Shown: piece after piece, positions 1 through 9,147 of the stretch
How positions within the stretch are numbered: position 1 is the first letter of the stretch
How the letters are laid out: each line of letters opens with the position of its first letter
Source of the DNA: Alphaproteobacteria bacterium
GTDB taxonomy: Bacteria > Pseudomonadota > Alphaproteobacteria > GCA-2731375
Assembly: GCA_965225945.1 (NCBI GenBank)
Contig: CBDDBZ010000020.1
Span: 1-64,000 of the forward strand
Direction of reading: 5' to 3'
Length of the DNA: 64,000 bases
Program-made: the position numbers and the translations under genes
The notes under the pieces: generated by a model
What the model saw: only the letters and a program-made list of their open reading frames with translations
The model's database searches: none
Told to the model about the DNA's origin: nothing

Positions 1-252
1 GAGGGTGGCGACGTCGGGCGCCAGGTCCTCCGGCACCGAGAGGATCTCGAAGCGCTGCTCCCGGGTCACCGGATGGATGCAATCGGGACAGGGGCAATTG
101 TCGCGCAGCCAGAGGTGGTGGAAGCCACTCCGGTGGCCGTCGGACCAGACGATGTCGACCGCCTCGGAGGTGACGGCGATACTCTCGATCGCGTGGGACA
201 CGGGATAGACGTCGAAGTCCGGCGTCTCGAACTCGATCTCTCGGGAGCCCAT
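1..252 (-). CDS. Gamma-butyrobetaine dioxygenase-like protein (TauD/TfdA family with N-terminal Zn-binding domain), 5' part; runs off window edge
   Basis: Not in ORF track; hand translation MGSREIEFETPDF...WSDGHRSGFHHLWLRDNCPCPDCIHPVTREQR contains the WLRDNCxCxxC motif; GGAG RBS upstream; next to a BKACE gene, as in carnitine loci. Confidence 0.8.
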   Translation of the reverse strand, partial: MGSREIEFETPDFDVYPVSHAIESIAVTSEAVDIVWSDGHRSGFHHLWLRDNCPCPDCIHPVTREQRFEILSVPEDLAPDVATL

Positions 253-312
253 GGCTCGCTCCTCCGGCCGCTTCCCTGGCGAGGCCCGGTGAAACGCGTG
301 GCGCCCGCCGGC

Positions 313-1207
313 TCAGGCGGGCTCGTTTCGGCCGAGCTGTAAGATCCCTCGCCCTTCCTCCGGGCTCACCACGCGGGCCCCGATCTGCTCGATGATGCCC
401 ACCGCCTTCTCGACCAACTGGCCGTTCGAGGCGAAGACGCCGCGCTCGAGATAGAGGTTATCCTCCAGGCCGACCCGGGCGTGCCCCCCCAGCAGCACCG
501 CCTGCGCCACCATCCCCATCTCCATCCGGCTGATCCCGAAGCCGGCCCAGATCGCCTCGGGGGGCAATTGCTCCGCCATGTGCTTCATCGTCGCCGTGTC
601 GGCCGGCGCGCCCCAGGGGATGCCGAGACAGATCTGAAACAGCGGCGGGGCGTCGATCAGCCCTTCCTCGTACATCTGCTTGGCGAACCAGAGCTGCCCG
701 GTGTCGAACACCTCGAGCTCCGGCTTGACGCCGAGCTCCCGCACCCGCTTGGCCATGGCGCGCAGGATGTTCGGCGTCTGGATCACCACGTCGGCGCCGT
801 CGCCGAAGTTCATCGAGCCGCAGTCGAGCGTGCAGATGTCGGGGCGCAGCGCCTCGACATGGGCGAGCCGGGTCATCGCGTCGACCAGGTCGCTGCCCTC
901 CGCCGGGGTCGCGGGGTCGTCGTCGTCGACCACCAGATCGCCGCCCATGCCGGAGGTGAGATTGATGATGATGTCCCTGCCGCTGGCCCGCACCGTCTCG
1001 ACCACTTCGGCGTAGAGCGCGACGTCGCGGGCGCCCTTGCCGGTCTCGGGATCGCGGGACGTGGATATGAGCGATGGTGGCGCCGGCATCCGCCGCCTCC
1101 AACACCGCACCCGAGATCTCGGCCGGGGTCACGGGGATCGCGGGATGCTTGCCCACGGTGTCGCCCGCGCCGGTGACCGCGCATGTCAGGATCACGTTTT
1201 GATTCAA
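313..1207 (-). CDS. BKACE family (3-keto-5-aminohexanoate cleavage, CdhC-like) enzyme with +1 frameshift near 1056-1058
   Basis: N-terminus ([10 protein letters not shown]...[10 protein letters not shown]) in ORF 458..1207; remainder (RDPETG...KPELEVFD...RVGLEDN) in ORF 313..1110; one extra C (GTCCCGCGAT vs GTCCGCGAT) separates the frames. Confidence 0.88.
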
Positions 1208-2645
1208 GGCTTGGTCCTCTCGTCCCTGGAATACATCCCAAACCTCGTCATCTCACGTCGCCGCGACCACGAGTCTAGTGCTGCCGCGCGGCAAATCTTC
1301 CAATTCCGCGTCACCGATTTGCTAGATTTGCGTCACTTGGCGACTGGCGCATGGGCCTCGCGCCCGGGGCATGGCGCGCGGGCATCACCTCGCCGTCCCG
1401 ATGGACGATCGCCCGATTCAGCCCGGATTTCGGCGAACCGGCGCGCCATTCGAGCCCCGCGACATCACAAGGTGACGCCGATCCGGGCCCTTCGCGGGCC
1501 AAAACGACGATACGCCAGCAGTACATCTTGAATTCAGAATATGAACGCATTGATCAAAGCATTGAAATCAAGCAACTTTCTTGAGCCGCGTGCGGCCGGT
1601 GGGATTTCGTTCTGCAAATTCTCCGGTTTTGCTAATTTATATACAATATACCGTATTTGCAGTACTATTAATGAATGATCGATTCTCTCGCGCACGAGAT
1701 GCGCGCACTATGGGTCAGCGGAGATGGGTGCCGTTTGACCGCTATGCAAAATGCAAGACTTTGTATCGCACCCGGTTCCTTGGACACAAGTTTGTCTCAT
1801 GCGGCGGGCCTGAGTGACATCGCGGTGTGCCACGCCTGACGAGCTTGAGCGGGGCTCAGGTAGCCGTTCTTCTCCACGATCCACTGGGCATTGTACTGTT
1901 CGACGAACCCGCGGACGGCGTTCCGCAGCTCCGCGATGTTGCGGTAGATGCGGCCATGGATGATCTGTTCCTTGAGCGTGCGATTGAACCTCTCGGCGAC
2001 GCCGTTGGTCTGGGGCTGTTCGACGAAGGCGTAGGACGGCTGGATGCCCCAGAACTTGATCTGGTTGGTGAAGTGGTCCGACAGATACTGGGAGCCGTGA
2101 TCCATCCGCAAGGCCAGCCCCCGCGCCGCACCGGCGGAGGTCGAGGCATACAGCCTCGCAAGCCCCATGGAGATCGGCTGAAGGGCGGCGAAGCGGTCGC
2201 CTCGCTTGCACACATGCCAGCCGACGCACTCGGCGTTCCAATGCTCGATGGCGGTGAATATCCAGCCCCAGCCGTCGTCCACCGTGAACACCCGAACGCC
2301 GTCCGTGCCCCACATGAGGTTGGGGGCATGGGTGATGATCTCACCGACATGGGGATTTCCGCCACGGCGGCGGCAGCGATGGGGCGAGAGCAGGTTGTTC
2401 TCGCGCATCACCCGGAGCACCCGCTTGCGGGAAACACGGATGCCACGACAGACCCGAAGCCGAGCCCAGACCTTGCGGTGTCCCTCGCCCTCCCAGGGGG
2501 ATGCCTCCAGGTCGGCCTCGATGGCCACCAGCAGAGCCTCGTCCGAGATCGAGGGCTTCGGTCCCCGGCGCTTTGCTGGTGGGCGCTCAGCGGTGGCCTG
2601 CTGCCGGGATTTCATGGCGTAGAACGAGGCTTGCCTATCCGGTTA

Positions 2646-2741
2646 TCACCCACACCCACTATATGTAGTGTGCACCCATTTTCCTGAGTAAAGCTCGGTG
2701 CAGGTCGAAGCGGAGATATCTCCGGCGATGCCGAGCAGGGA
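2646..2741 (-). pseudogene. C-terminal remnant of IS1595-type transposase
   Basis: SLLGIAGDISASTCTELYSGKWVHTTYSGCG* ends inside the TIR and resembles, from recall, C-termini of alphaproteobacterial IS1595 transposases. Confidence 0.6.
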
Positions 2742-2904
2742 CTCGGACGGCATTGTAGCGCCTTTAGGCGACACTTTAGCGTGGTGGGAAATCCTAATCA
2801 TTGAGTCGGATTTGGCAAAACGCCACGTTGCATAAAGGACCGTCACTTCATTGAAATTTATCTGAAATCGGAGGTGAACGACACCGATGGAATATTCCAG
2901 GAAA

Positions 2905-3213
2905 TCAGAGCTTCATTGAATTGTAGGATTCGAGTGCCGGATTATTCACAAATAGCTCTGTGAACTGGTTTTCAAGTTCGCTCAATACGTCATATGAAGT
3001 AAACGGATTGAGGATCACGTTCTTGCGTGTCGCTTCGTCTTCGCTGCGACTCAAAACGCGCAGGAGACTAACAGGCGCGGACGGGTTCTTCGCAACGATT
3101 CGTGCCAGCGCGTCGCTTTCTTCGACTAGTGCCGTCAATCGCTCAGACGATGTCGTTTCATCAGCAGCTTCCCGTCTGGCCGTGGGTTTCTTCGTTTTTC
3201 CCTTGGTCGCCAC
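2905..3213 (-). CDS. Small variant leucine-rich/HEAT-like repeat protein (passenger gene, possibly truncated)
   Basis: Repeated VAxNPxxP-type units (VAKNPSAPVSLLRVLS, VILNPFTSYDVL, VNNPAL); visibly lower GC than host. Confidence 0.6.
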   Translation of the reverse strand: MATKGKTKKPTARREAADETTSSERLTALVEESDALARIVAKNPSAPVSLLRVLSRSEDEATRKNVILNPFTSYDVLSELENQFTELFVNNPALESYNSMKL

Positions 3214-3467
3214 CGTTCCGTCCCCCGATGTTAAGTACGTGACGTGAATTAAACTCCGGTTCGGTTTTCAGAACAATCAAGAATTAGCCGGATCGCCTCC
3301 TCAATGCGCCTGCGCCGGCCCTTGCCTGCAGTCCAAGGAGACACACTACATATAGTGGGTGTGGGTGATAACCGGATAGGCAAGGAACGAGGAACGGGCA
3401 AAACCCCAGGCCGCACAGACCCGCTGGAGGCCGTAGGCCAAACCCGTGCCGGGAGAGGTGGCGGCAC

Positions 3468-3877
3468 TCATCGCCGCGACCTCCGCCGCCCCAAAGGGCC
3501 GGACGTCTCCGTCTTGGCCTCCAGCAGTTCCACCTGCATGATCAACTCCCCGATCCGCTTCATGGCGATGTCCAGTTCCGCCTTTACCGGATCGCCCTTG
3601 CGTTCCTTGAGCGAGGCATCGATCCGGCGATCGCCTTCTCACGCCACTGCTCGAGCCGGAAAATCTCCACGCCCAACTGCCGCGACAAAAGTTCCACCGG
3701 CTCGCCACGCAAAAGCCGCAGGGCAACCTCACGCTTGCGCGTCACCGTCCACCGCTGGCCAAGTCCCAGCGGGCCTGCCGGCGAAACCTGGCCCGGGGAA
3801 AACGTGGACGAGCCAAGCTCGCCCTCGTTTACCACAGGCCCATCAACAGCAACTTTGTTCTCAAAATTGTCGGTCAT
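3468..3877 (-). pseudogene. IS3-like OrfA (HTH), single-base frameshift near 3625
   Basis: QRWTVTRKREVALRLLRGE...LEQWREKAIAG, then IDASLKERKGDPVKAELDIAMKRIGELIMQVELLEAK in another frame; ATGA overlap with orfB. Confidence 0.75.
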
Positions 3878-4041
3878 GTTCCGGTCCTCCTTGGACACTT
3901 CGATTAAGCCAATTCTGTGTCCAAGGAAATCGGGTCCGACTCACAAAATGCAAGACTTGATAATCATCTAGGCCGGTCTCCTCGACCGGTACACTGGTGA
4001 AGTTTGCGAGAGCTCAACCAGAACCGGAAGAGGAGACCGAG

Positions 4042-4353
4042 ATGAGATACTACTGCGGGATTGATTTGCACTCCACCAACAGCGTCGTGGTGGTGATCGA
4101 CGAGGCCGACAAGATTGTCTTCAAGAAGCGGCTGCGTAACGAGCTCGGGCTGATCGTCGCTGCCCTGGCGCCGTACCAGGAGGCGCTTTCGGGGGTAGTG
4201 GTGGAGTCGACCTACAACTGGTACTGGCTGGTCGACGGTCTGATGGACGCCGGCCTCGAGGTTCACTTGGCCAACCCGGCGGCGATTCACCAGTACTCGG
4301 GCCTGAAGCACATGGGCGACGCGGACGACGCGGCGTGGCTGGCATTACGGTGA
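4042..4353 (+). pseudogene. IS110-family recombinase, N-terminal DEDD fragment
   Basis: MRYYCGIDLHS...VVVESTYNWYWLVDGL...HLANP...DADDAAWLA; GAGGAG RBS; similarity ends at 4341 where a repeat cluster begins. Confidence 0.88.
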
Positions 4354-4449
4354 CAGTGCACTTGGCATTACGGTGGGCATTACGGTGACAGTGCACTTAA
4401 TTGACCTCGGTTCCACGACCTGAGATTAAGTGCACTGTCACCGTAATGC
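4341..4449. repeat. REP/MITE-like cluster: staggered direct copies plus 25-bp perfect inverted repeat
   Basis: GGCATTACGGTGACAGTGCACTT at 4341, 12-bp partial copy at 4364, longer copy at 4376; 4377-4401 pairs perfectly with 4425-4449. Confidence 0.85.
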
Positions 4450-4518
4450 TATCGGACAGCTCGGGGTTGGAATCGCGTTCGGATGCCGATTGTGCTACCA
4501 TTGTCGGCGATTGGGAGG

Positions 4519-5969
4519 GGCGATGTCCCGCCCAATGTTGAAAAGTGCGAGATAGGCATCGTCTGATCGAGAGGCTACGCGGCCACCTCGATGTCTTCAA
4601 TGACGGACTTTGCTCCGGCCTTTCTCACCGCCTCCCGCAGGGCGGCGTCAAGGACGGGGAGCTGGCGGTAGGCCTTGAGGCGGCGGAAGGTCTTTTGCGC
4701 CTCCAAGAGGCCGGCGGCGGTCCAACGCAGCGCCATCTCGGCGTTGCGCCAGCGCTTGACGTTCCGCTGCACCGTCCGGACGGTGCCGATCGCGTTCTCG
4801 ATGGCGTTGGTGCAAGCCAGCGAGCGTCGAAGTTGCGGCGGGAGGCCGAGCCGGATCACCGTCAGGATCTCGTCCAGGCCCTCCAGGATCGAGCCCGAGA
4901 CGCCGGGTGCGTCATGCTCCAGACGGCGGGCGAGGTTGCGCAAGAGCCGTTCGGCCTTGGCCGCGTCGTCCTGCTGCCAGGCCTGCCGCAAGACCTTCCT
5001 GACGCCGGCATGGAGGCTCTCGTCCAGCCGGTCCGTGATGTTGCGCCCCTTGTGCACCTGGCAGCGCTGGAGGGCCGCCGCCCGCCCGAAGGTCCGCCGG
5101 ATCGCCTTCGAGAGCGCCTTGGCGCCGTCGACGATGTAGAGCCGAGGCCGTTCGGGATCGAGACCGCGCTCGATCAGGTTGTCGAGCATGGCTTGCACCG
5201 TGGCCGCGTTCTCCGTCGCGCCCTCGGCCAGGCCCAGCACGTGCTTCGCGCCGCCGGTGTCGATGCCGATCGCCGCCACCATCAGGTGATCGCCGACATG
5301 GAGCCCGTCGATCTGGAGCACCACGAGATCGAGATCGTCGAGCGGGCTCGCCAGCCAGGCCTTCAGCTTGCTTCGCGTCAACGCCACGAAACGGCGCGAG
5401 ACCGCCGACTTCGAGGTTGCGTCACCCGATGCCGCCGGCAGATCGCCGCCCGCATCGTCCGGCAGGCGCACCGCGCGGGCATACTTGCGGGTCGAGACGT
5501 TGATCACCATCAGATTCATCGCCCAGGCTTGCAAGAGTTCGGGTTCCGACAGCAGCTCCCAACTCGGCAGGCTCATCTCCCGACCCGCGAAGTCCCGCAC
5601 CCGAGGGCGCTCGACCTTCACTTTGCCGCCGTGGTAGGCGATCTCGCTCCGGGTCGTGCCCCATCGATGGCCCTTGCGCTCGCCCGAGCGGGCGTGGCGC
5701 GAACCGCACAAGGCTTCCGCGTCCGCCGACATCATCTCGTTCAAAGACTCGAGGCCCGCCAAAAGGCAGAAGCGATCGACGCTCATGCGCAGATCGTCGA
5801 AGGCCTCCGGCATCGATGGCAAGAGCCGACAGGATGGTTCCGAGGAACGGTCGTTGCGTGTAGTCTTGGTCATGGCGTCGTTCTCCTTGATGGAATCAGC
5901 ACCCAGAGCCTAGCGGCTCCAGGCGGACGACGCCTACTTCAGCTTTTCAACAGAGCCCGGGACATCCCC
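4519..5969 (-). mobile_element. IS256-family element (first)
   Basis: TIRs GGCGATGTCCCG...TGTTGAAAAG / GGGGATGTCCCG...TGTTGAAAAG; no matching TSD. Confidence 0.85.
4575..5873 (-). CDS. IS256-family transposase
   Basis: LQIDG, YIVDGAKAL, QRCQVHKGRN, TNAIE motifs. Confidence 0.93.
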   Translation of the reverse strand: MTKTTRNDRSSEPSCRLLPSMPEAFDDLRMSVDRFCLLAGLESLNEMMSADAEALCGSRHARSGERKGHRWGTTRSEIAYHGGKVKVERPRVRDFAGREMSLPSWELLSEPELLQAWAMNLMVINVSTRKYARAVRLPDDAGGDLPAASGDATSKSAVSRRFVALTRSKLKAWLASPLDDLDLVVLQIDGLHVGDHLMVAAIGIDTGGAKHVLGLAEGATENAATVQAMLDNLIERGLDPERPRLYIVDGAKALSKAIRRTFGRAAALQRCQVHKGRNITDRLDESLHAGVRKVLRQAWQQDDAAKAERLLRNLARRLEHDAPGVSGSILEGLDEILTVIRLGLPPQLRRSLACTNAIENAIGTVRTVQRNVKRWRNAEMALRWTAAGLLEAQKTFRRLKAYRQLPVLDAALREAVRKAGAKSVIEDIEVAA

Positions 5970-6395
5970 CGGAAGCAAGGATTTACCGATATCAAGGGAG
6001 CGTTCACGACGTTCCAGAAGGCCAGAAATATCCGTCGCGGCGTCCAAGCCGGCTTGCCCGAAGCCGTCCACGTTCGCTGCGCGCATATGCTTCGGGACGC
6101 CCGGAACACGCTGATCGGGCTCGCCCGACTAGTGTTCTGAGCCACCGCCGTCTCGGACCCTTGCCGATAGAGCCGTGACCGCCATCGGCTTCGTGGCCGT
6201 CGCCTACCTCATGAGTGGCCGGTGATCGGCTGGGGCAAGGCCGTCGCGCTGTTTCTCGCCATCATCGGCAAACTCGCGGAGGTGTATCGTGGCCACCAGT
6301 TGCGAAAAGCCGGACGGATGACTGAGCGCGCCGAGATTCAGGGCAAAACGCTCGATCTGGTCCGCGCCGCTACAGGCGTTGATATCGATCGCGGC

Positions 6396-7811
6396 GGTGA
6401 AGTCCTAGACTTGCTGGGAATTTGGTAGGAGGTGCATCCTTCGAGGTGTCGATTCCCACCCGGGCATGGCTGCGCGCCAGCCCAGCACAGGAGGCACCTC
6501 CATGACGAAGAGACTACCCGGAAGCGAGCGCACGCGTGAAGCCTTGAACGACCTGATCGAAGGGCGCGCCCGCGTGGTCGACGCGAAGAGTGAATTGGTG
6601 CGGTTGGCGACGCGGTTAATCATCGAGGAAGGCTTGGAGGCCGAGGTGCGCGACGCCCTGGGCCGGGACTATTACGAGCACGGTTCCGAGCCTGGCCGAG
6701 GTTACCGGAACGGTTCGCGCGAAGGTCATCTGAAGACGGCCGAGGGGCGGATCAGGTATGCGGCGCCGCAGGTCGCCGGGACGGACGAACCGTTCCGTTC
6801 GGATCTGCGAGCGCAGCTGAAGGGTCATTCCGAGGGCCTGGAGGATTTAGCCGTGGAGATGCTGGCGCGCGGTCTCTCGGTGCGCGACATCGAAGATGCC
6901 TTCAGGGAAGAAAGTGGGCGCTTGCTGCTGTCGCGCACGGCGGTCTCGGAGATGGGGGAGCGGCTCTGGGCGGACTACCTCGGCTTCGCCAAGCGCGACC
7001 TTAGCGAGTTCGAGATCGCCTACCTCTTCGTCGACGGCATCGCCGAGCGGCTGCGGGCCGGGCAGAGGCGAGAGCCGGTGCTGGCGGCCTGGGGCTTCAC
7101 GCTCGAGGGCAAGAAGGTTCTCCTGCATCTGATGGCGGGCTCGAAGGAGGACAACGAGACCGTCTCCGCGTTCTTCCAGGACATGCGCAGCCGAGGCCTG
7201 GGCGATCCTCTCCTGATCGCCTCCGACGGCGCGCCTGGCATTATCAAGGCGATCGAGATTTGTTTTCCCAGGAGCGCGCGCCAACGCTGCCTCGCGCACC
7301 GGATGAGGAACTTGGCGGCGAAGGTGCCCGAGGATCTCTGGCCGGAGTTCAAGGCCCGCGCCCAAGCGGCCTACCAGGCCCCCTCGCGCGCCATCGCCCG
7401 CGATCTGGCCGAGGGCGTGGTGCGTGACTGGGAGCGCGAGCTGCCCTCGGCGGTGGCCTGTTTCCTGGATGATTTCGAGGCCTGCATCGCGCACCTGCGC
7501 ATGCCGGTCAATCACCGCCGGGCGATCCGCACCACCAACCTGCTGGAGAGATTGTTCGGGGAGGAGCGCCGGCGCTTGAAGATCATCCCCAACGCCTTCG
7601 GCGAAAAGGCGGTACTGAAGCTCATGTTCGGTGCCATGAGCCGCGCCGCCGAGCGATGGAAAGCAGTCAAGGTCACCGTCTTCGAGCGGCGCCAGATGGA
7701 CGCCGTCAGGAAGGAACTCGATCAGGAATACCAAGCCCAGCTGGAACTACCAGAACAGGCCTCGACGGAGGCAACCCCGGAGAAAATTCCCAGCAGAATC
7801 CGGACTTGACC
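6396..7811 (+). mobile_element. IS256-family element (second, a different element), intact
   Basis: TIRs GGTGAAGTCCTAGACTTGCTGGGAATTT / GGTCAAGTCCGGATTCTGCTGGGAATTT; 9-bp TSD GATCGCGGC (6387-6395, 7812-7820). Confidence 0.93.
6502..7809 (+). CDS. IS256-family transposase
   Basis: GYRNG, YLFVDGI, SDGAPG, QRCLAHRMRN, RTTNLLER; GGAGG RBS before ATG 6502. Confidence 0.94.
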   Translation: MTKRLPGSERTREALNDLIEGRARVVDAKSELVRLATRLIIEEGLEAEVRDALGRDYYEHGSEPGRGYRNGSREGHLKTAEGRIRYAAPQVAGTDEPFRSDLRAQLKGHSEGLEDLAVEMLARGLSVRDIEDAFREESGRLLLSRTAVSEMGERLWADYLGFAKRDLSEFEIAYLFVDGIAERLRAGQRREPVLAAWGFTLEGKKVLLHLMAGSKEDNETVSAFFQDMRSRGLGDPLLIASDGAPGIIKAIEICFPRSARQRCLAHRMRNLAAKVPEDLWPEFKARAQAAYQAPSRAIARDLAEGVVRDWERELPSAVACFLDDFEACIAHLRMPVNHRRAIRTTNLLERLFGEERRRLKIIPNAFGEKAVLKLMFGAMSRAAERWKAVKVTVFERRQMDAVRKELDQEYQAQLELPEQASTEATPEKIPSRIRT

Positions 7812-8044
7812 GATCGCGGCTCTAACAGCCTGCGAGACGACCCGGACAATGTCCACGCTCGACGCTCTGTGCCTCGTGACTGAGCCGATCCCGTATCGCT
7901 ACACCGAGGACCGCCCGGAGATCAGCGACACCTTGGCGACGATCAACGGCTCGCCGGGGAAGATGGGTATCCGCTAGTTCAACGCGCGCTGGCGAGCCGT
8001 CTGCGCGCCTCGATAAAAAACCCGACACTTTTGCAATGGCTTTG

Positions 8045-8451
8045 CGCGCGGCGCCGGGCAGCTCGATAAATGCGGCGTCGCCGCCGAGGCGATCCACGGC
8101 AACAAGTCCCAGGGCACTCGCCGGCGCGCCCTCGAACGGTTTCGCGGCGGGCGCGCCCGCGTCTTGGTGGCGACCGACATCGCCGCCCGGGGCATCGACA
8201 TCGACAACGTCATCCACATCATCAACTACGAGCATCCCAACGAGCCCGAAAGCTACGTCCACCGCATCGGTCGAATGGCGCGGGCCGGAGCCGCTGGCGT
8301 GGCATTCTCCTTCTGCGATCCCGAGGTGCGCGGTTACCTGCGCGACATCGAACGCCTGATCCAGCGGCGACTGAGCGTGATCGGCGCAAGGCCGGGAAGC
8401 CCCGAGGCGAAACCCGGCCGCCGTTCGGCGCGCGCGATCGGCCCCTGTTGA
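8045..8451 (+). pseudogene. DEAD-box RNA helicase (RhlE-like), C-terminal fragment only
   Basis: AIHGNKSQG...[13 protein letters not shown]...[10 protein letters not shown] (motifs IVa-VI); no Walker A or DEAD motif upstream. Confidence 0.85.
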
Positions 8452-8513
8452 CCGCCACCCGGCATTGAAGTACTCGCGGGCCACGCAAGAGGGATCGGTC
8501 GGGCGCGAGCATC

Positions 8514-9119
8514 ATGAAAATCTACCATGCTCCGAATACACGCGCGGTTCGCATCGTCTGGTTGTTCGAGGAACTCGGCCTGCCCTACGAGCTCGAGAGC
8601 TTCAAGCTGGGCGATCCCGAGATGCGCGCGCCCGATTATCTGAAGATCCACCCCATGGGCCGCGTGCCGACACTTTGCGACGGCGAGCTCACGATCTTCG
8701 AGTCCGGCGCAATTCTGCAATACGTGCTGGCGAAATACGGCGAAGGCCGCTTGGTCCCGGATGCCGGCTCGCCCGACTTCGCCAGCTATCTGCAATGGCT
8801 GCACTATGCGGAAGGCATGATCATGCCGCCGGTCAACACCATCGTGGTCGAGACCATCCTGCTGCCGGAGGAGCGGCGCAATCAGGTCAACGCCGATCGT
8901 GCGTTGAGGTTGCTGTCACGGATGCTGGGCGCGGTCGAGGGTGGCCTCGAAGGGCGCGAATATCTGGCCGGGGCCTTCGGCGGCGCCGACATCATGACCG
9001 GGCACGCCTGCATCGTGGCCTCCCGCCTGGGCGCCGATGTGTCGGACAAGCCGAATGTCACCGCCTATATCGATCGGCTGAACGCGCGCCCGGCATTGGC
9101 GCGCGCCTGGGCGACCTGA
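8514..9119 (+). CDS. Glutathione S-transferase family protein
   Basis: HPMGRVPTL, IFESGAILQY, ADIM motifs. Confidence 0.93.
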   Translation: MKIYHAPNTRAVRIVWLFEELGLPYELESFKLGDPEMRAPDYLKIHPMGRVPTLCDGELTIFESGAILQYVLAKYGEGRLVPDAGSPDFASYLQWLHYAEGMIMPPVNTIVVETILLPEERRNQVNADRALRLLSRMLGAVEGGLEGREYLAGAFGGADIMTGHACIVASRLGADVSDKPNVTAYIDRLNARPALARAWAT

Positions 9120-9147
9120 GCCTCGATGTCGCCGCCCACATCGCGCC

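Larger units (their letters stand above)
2630..3384. mobile_element. Non-autonomous IS1595-family (ISSod11-group-like) cassette carrying a passenger gene
   Basis: Perfect 43-bp TIRs CTTGCCTATCCGGTTATCACCCACACCCACTATATGTAGTGTG (2630-2672, 3342-3384); 8-bp TSD GAACGAGG (2622-2629, 3385-3392); end fits nnnGcnTATC; no intact transposase. Confidence 0.88.
1797..3471 (-). pseudogene. IS3-like transposase OrfB (rve integrase core), split at 2630-3384
   Basis: MSAATSPG...GFARSSF (3471-3385) continues as YAMKSRQQ...WGTDG...RMDHGSQY...NGVAERFNRTLKE (DDE core) once the insert is removed. Confidence 0.9.
1762..3943 (-). mobile_element. IS3-like insertion sequence, interrupted by a nested cassette
   Basis: Imperfect TIRs TGTATCGCACCCGGTTCCTTGGACACA (1762-1788) and TGAGTCGGACCCGATTTCCTTGGACACA (3943-3916); 15-bp direct repeat CAAAATGCAAGACTT at 1747-1761 and 3944-3958; orfA plus integrase-core orfB. 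Confidence 0.9.
6222..7977 (+). pseudogene. Phage-like membrane protein plus overlapping small Cys-containing ORF (spanin-like remnant), split by IS256
   Basis: MIGWGKAVALFLAIIGKLAEVYRGHQLRKAG...VDIDRG rejoins SNSLRDDPDNVHARRSVPRD* across the TSD; overlapping MSTLDALCLVTEPIPYRYTEDRPEISDTLATING from 7849. Confidence 0.45.

Noticed and set aside
4341-4449. Possible mini CRISPR array
   Set aside because: Copies abut without unique spacers, lengths vary, one copy is inverted, and no cas genes are present
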